Assembly: GCA_965238275.1 (NCBI GenBank) | Contig: OZ250186.1 | Span: 288,001-352,000, forward strand | From: Nitrosopumilus sp. | GTDB taxonomy: Archaea; Thermoproteota; Nitrososphaeria; Nitrososphaerales; Nitrosopumilaceae | Direction of reading: 5' to 3' | DNA: 64,000 nucleotides | Part shown: piece after piece, positions 60,227 to 64,000 of the stretch | Numbering within the stretch: the first letter of the stretch is position 1 | How the letters are laid out: every line of letters begins with the position of its first letter | Translations under genes and position numbers: made by a program | Notes under the pieces: model-generated | What the model saw: the letters and a program-made list of their open reading frames with translations, nothing else | The model's database searches: none | Told to the model about the DNA's origin: nothing

Positions 60227-61909
60227 GTAACTGTATAGTTTTTTGATCAAATGTTGAACTCCATGCCTACGTGCGTCTATGCAGTTTTTTGACGTGGAGT
60301 CAGGCCCTCGCGTAAGACCGTGCCAAGATCATCTCCCCTTGCCTTGCATGTCTGCTTGATGCTCATCAGCGTGGCAATGGCATCTGCGCCCTTTTTTGAC
60401 CTGCTCCCGTTGCTGTTCTTGCGCAGGATGACGCACGGCCTGATGGCCCGCTCTGCCCGGTTGTTGTGGTATTCGACGCCGTCTGTCTCCAGAAACGCAA
60501 ACAGGTGATCCCCCTCCCGCACCAGCCTCTTGCGCATCCTGTTGCAGTGCTTGCAGTCGCGGTCCTTTTCGAGCCTGCCGATAAGTGACGCGATGCGACG
60601 ATCCAGCCTCTTCTTTGTTGCCAGTGCTTTGGCACCTCCAGAAACGATGCCGTCGATGTGCGAGTCCCACAGTATCGCGCGCAGCGTCCTTGCGTGTCGC
60701 TTGTAGTCATCGCCGGGATTCTTGTATTTCAGGGTGTCCTTGATGTCCCGGGCGTAATGAAGGTGGCACTTTTGGTGCATGCTCCCGATGACGTTCCACG
60801 CGGCCCACGAGTCAGACGTGACGCATCCCGGGTAGTCCTTGCCGAGCATCTTTTTTGGAACCTTCGAGTTCCTGTGGCGGTGCACCTCGTAGATTACGGC
60901 GTACCTGGCTACAGCCACCCACAGCCAATAGTTTGTGCCGTCGACGCGCCAGATTGTCTCGTCCCCGTTTATCGCAGGCGAGTTTCTTACCTCCTCCCTG
61001 ATCTTCTCGTACAGTGGCCCGAGCTCCCGGGCCATCCTGCACACCATGCGGTTTATCGCAGATTCCGTGATTCTTGCCGAGTACATCATCATGACAATAT
61101 TGCATATTCTGAGGTCTGACATGCCGTGCAGCCGGAGGATGACCATCATTATCATAAAGTTGATCCCGTACCTGGAGTTTGGCAGTGCCAGCGGAGTCCT
61201 GCCGGACACGGTCCTCTTGCAGTTCCTGCAACGCCTTCTCTTTACTGTCACCTTGATGTGCTTTAGTTCCGTCTTGGCAGCCTCCCTTACCACCTTTGTG
61301 TACGTGGACACGCATTCTGAGAGGTCGGAGCTGCCGCAGTTGCCGCACGTGTGCGGATCTGCTGTCTCCTCTGCGTCTATTCTTTCAGGACGCGCAAGGC
61401 CCGTGCGTTTGTGGTCACTTGGCTTGCCCTTGCCCTTGCCCTTGCCCTTTGCGCGGCGCCGGGTACTGCCGGTCTTTTTGTCCGGTTTTGCGCCGATGCT
61501 CCTTGCAACGGCAGCCGATATGATGCCCTTTGCCTCCTGCAACTCTGCCGTGAGATCCTGGATCTGTTTGAGGGCGGCAGCGTAAAGATCAGCGAGTTTG
61601 GCCATCTGCCGGTCTTTTTCGGCCATCTGCCGGTCTTTTTCGGCCATCTGCCGGTCTTTTTCGGCCATCTGCCGGTCTTTTTCGGCCATCTGCTCTGCCA
61701 TCACACCCACTTTTTCCTCCAGTTTTGCAATCCTTGACTCGGAATTATCATCAGACATATGCAAACCGTGGGCAACAATGATCTAAAAATTAGGACGGAG
61801 AGAAAAACTCGATCAAGTGATCAAAAATAGTTTTAAAAAATTAGACAGACGCGGATTTTCTGATTGTAGATATGGAGTTCAACATTTGATCAAAAAACTA
61901 CACAGATAC
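60227..61909 (-). mobile_element. IS66-family element, copy B
   Basis: Same TIRs as copy A; 8-bp TSD AGAAAAAC. Confidence 0.92.
60277..61764 (-). CDS. IS66-family transposase
   Basis: Paralog of 18075-19514. Confidence 0.92.
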   Translation of the reverse strand: MHMSDDNSESRIAKLEEKVGVMAEQMAEKDRQMAEKDRQMAEKDRQMAEKDRQMAKLADLYAAALKQIQDLTAELQEAKGIISAAVARSIGAKPDKKTGSTRRRAKGKGKGKGKPSDHKRTGLARPERIDAEETADPHTCGNCGSSDLSECVSTYTKVVREAAKTELKHIKVTVKRRRCRNCKRTVSGRTPLALPNSRYGINFMIMMVILRLHGMSDLRICNIVMMMYSARITESAINRMVCRMARELGPLYEKIREEVRNSPAINGDETIWRVDGTNYWLWVAVARYAVIYEVHRHRNSKVPKKMLGKDYPGCVTSDSWAAWNVIGSMHQKCHLHYARDIKDTLKYKNPGDDYKRHARTLRAILWDSHIDGIVSGGAKALATKKRLDRRIASLIGRLEKDRDCKHCNRMRKRLVREGDHLFAFLETDGVEYHNNRAERAIRPCVILRKNSNGSRSKKGADAIATLMSIKQTCKARGDDLGTVLREGLTPRQKTA

Positions 61910-62039
61910 AGAAAAACTTGTATCTCGGGTCACTGACTTTACACCCCTTGCGGGCCACCGCGTCCAGCTCCCGATAACGTTACAGAACTGTTTTAAGATA
62001 AGTTGTAACTGTGTAGTTTTTTGATCAAATGGTAAATTC

Positions 62040-63785
62040 GTAAGTGATTCGCTTTTTGAAGTTCCGCTGGCTTTGCGCGCCTATACTCGCGCAGTCTCCC
62101 CATCCGAGAGCGCGGATCGTGCCGGATAAATGGTGACGCAGGCTCCGTTGTCAGCCGTCGCCGGACGCGGAACGCACCAGGTGGTCGAAGAACTTTTCCC
62201 CCCGGACGCGGTCAGTGGCCAGCAAGGTGAACAGCACGGAATTTGCGTCCATGCCCTTCCGGGACCGGTTGCCCCCGCCGTCATTCCTCACCGAGACAAA
62301 CCTTCGGTTGGCCCTCTCCACCGCGTTGTTGTCCGGACTGATGCCCGGGATCCGCAGGCAGGTTGTCATGTAGTACCCCTCGCGGTAGCGCCGCTTGCGG
62401 TATTTGGCGATGGTGCCGTACTTGTCGTCTTTGTACGGGGCGGCAAACAGCCCCGCTAGTTCCGAGTCTATGCAGTCAGCTGCCACTTCCCTGGAATGCG
62501 GGTCCTTGACGCGCCAGGCGCGGTAGATCTTTTTGTGCACGGCAGACAGCCCGGCTAGGAATTCGGCCACGTCCCCGCCTGGGTTCCACTCCAGATCCTT
62601 CTGCACCAGGCGCTCCTGGTGGACCACGCACATCTGGCGGGCCGACCCGACATGGAGCCACGCCGGGTACGAGTCCTGCGTGAGGGTTCCCCCGTAGCCG
62701 GGCAGCACGCCCTTGATGGTCTTTATCTTGCGGGAGTCCACGATCTCCACCAGGCACGATCTCTTGCCGAGTGCGACCACGCCGTAACCACGCCTGCCAC
62801 CTTCCAGTGGCCAGTGGAACTCGTCGGCCCCCAGGTGCGGCTCCTTTAGAATCTCTTCCCTCACGGCGTCGCGTTCCGGGGCCATCTGTCTGGCCCTGCT
62901 TATCTTGTTCCTGTATGCAGACGAGCAGGACACGGGCGTGCCAAGCGCGTCGCCTGCGAATTCGGCGGATCTTGCGTGGGACAGCCCGGACATGTTCAAA
63001 AAGTTGAGCACGGCGCCGATGTTGGCGCCGTAGCGGGCGTGCGGCGAGGTTTCGGGCGGCTTGGCAGAGACCTGTTTCTTGCAGTCCCTGCACCAGCGCC
63101 TGACTGTCACGTACTTTATGGTCTTTACAATCAGGTCCAGCCTCTTGACGATCCGGTCGTATTTGTCCGTGGGGTTCTCTGAAATGTTCTTCCCGCCGCA
63201 CCCGGGGCACCTGTCAAAGTCTACGATCTCCGTGCAGTCTGCCTTATCGGGCCTCTTGTTGATCGTGGCCTTTTGCCCCTTGGGCCTGCCTGCCTTGCCG
63301 GGATTGGCCTTCTTTTTGGAGGAAGGCATGCTTATCCCGTTTGCCCGGGCGCTGAGCCTGCGGTTTGCGTCAACGTGCCTCTTGTTGTCTCCTTCAAGTG
63401 ACTCCACCCTGGCCCGCAGGTTCTCTGTCTCCTTGCCGTCTGCCGTACCGGCAATCTTGCGCGCCATTTTCAGGATCCCGCCGGCGGCATCCACGACATC
63501 GCGCACCACGCCTGACCAGTACTGGCAGCACCCGCATCCGGACTCCATGCAGGTGCCGCAGTCCGGCGCGGAACGTCCCGGGATTGCCTTAAATCCCTCC
63601 GCTTCCAAGCATGTTTGGTGTGTCGGTTCCTTCATTTGTGATGATCTGAAGGGACTGGCACCCGCTAGTACTTGGATCTCTACAGACAATTATTTTTGAC
63701 AAGGCGTGAAAAATCTTCTGGTTCCGTCCCGACACGGTGACTACCGGCAGAGGAGTCAGGGTACTTCAAAAAGCGAATCACTTAC
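62040..63785 (-). mobile_element. Different IS66-family element, nested
   Basis: TIR gtaagtgattcgctttttgaagt; 8-bp TSD GTAAATTC. Confidence 0.92.
62151..63689 (-). CDS. IS66-family transposase
   Basis: CPGC/CRDC zinc finger, GADEFHW, QDSY, NNAVERANR. Confidence 0.88.
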   Translation of the reverse strand: MSVEIQVLAGASPFRSSQMKEPTHQTCLEAEGFKAIPGRSAPDCGTCMESGCGCCQYWSGVVRDVVDAAGGILKMARKIAGTADGKETENLRARVESLEGDNKRHVDANRRLSARANGISMPSSKKKANPGKAGRPKGQKATINKRPDKADCTEIVDFDRCPGCGGKNISENPTDKYDRIVKRLDLIVKTIKYVTVRRWCRDCKKQVSAKPPETSPHARYGANIGAVLNFLNMSGLSHARSAEFAGDALGTPVSCSSAYRNKISRARQMAPERDAVREEILKEPHLGADEFHWPLEGGRRGYGVVALGKRSCLVEIVDSRKIKTIKGVLPGYGGTLTQDSYPAWLHVGSARQMCVVHQERLVQKDLEWNPGGDVAEFLAGLSAVHKKIYRAWRVKDPHSREVAADCIDSELAGLFAAPYKDDKYGTIAKYRKRRYREGYYMTTCLRIPGISPDNNAVERANRRFVSVRNDGGGNRSRKGMDANSVLFTLLATDRVRGEKFFDHLVRSASGDG

Positions 63786-64000
63786 GTAAATTCCATGTCT
63801 ACAAGAAACTATGTATTTTTTTGACATAGAACCAGACCCTCGCGCAGGACCGTGCAAAGATCATCGCCCCTTGCCTTGCATGTCTGTTTGATGCTCATCA
63901 GTATGGCAATAGCGTCTGCGCCATTCTTTGACCTGCTCCCGTTGCTGTTCTTGCGAAGGATGACGTACGGCCTGATGGCCCGCTCTGCCCGGTTGTTGTG

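Larger units (their letters stand above)
62005..64000 (-). mobile_element. IS66-family element, copy C (runs off the window; TIR interrupted by another IS66)
   Basis: gtaactgtgtagttttttgatcaaatg at 62005; sequence resumes at 63794 with the transposase 3' end (63809->64000). Confidence 0.85.

Overview
This window looks like an ammonia-oxidising archaeon (Nitrosopumilaceae-like; inferred from Alba, archaeal sdhACDB, argH and Nitrosopumilus-type integrase remnants). A ~10 kb housekeeping block (22.8-33.0 kb) lies between two accessory regions, and about 15 IS elements (IS5, IS66, IS630, TnpB) cover roughly 20 kb. The left part has an ICE-like segment with an AbrB protein, a VirD4/HerA-like ATPase and a non-coding tandem array of 12-14 sequence-diverse hairpins. 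It also has a divergent CARF-wHTH regulator next to a Ubl / E2 / JAB-E1 / TIR operon. The middle has a catalytically intact TnpB carried inside IS630-type inverted repeats with a TA duplication, inserted into a gamma-carbonic anhydrase gene. The right part has a SNF2-SWIM pair, toxin-antitoxin modules, integrase pseudogenes and a dndBCDEA-HNH-pbeABCD-like phosphorothioate defence island with an extra SWIM protein. All calls come from motif reading by eye; no searches were run.
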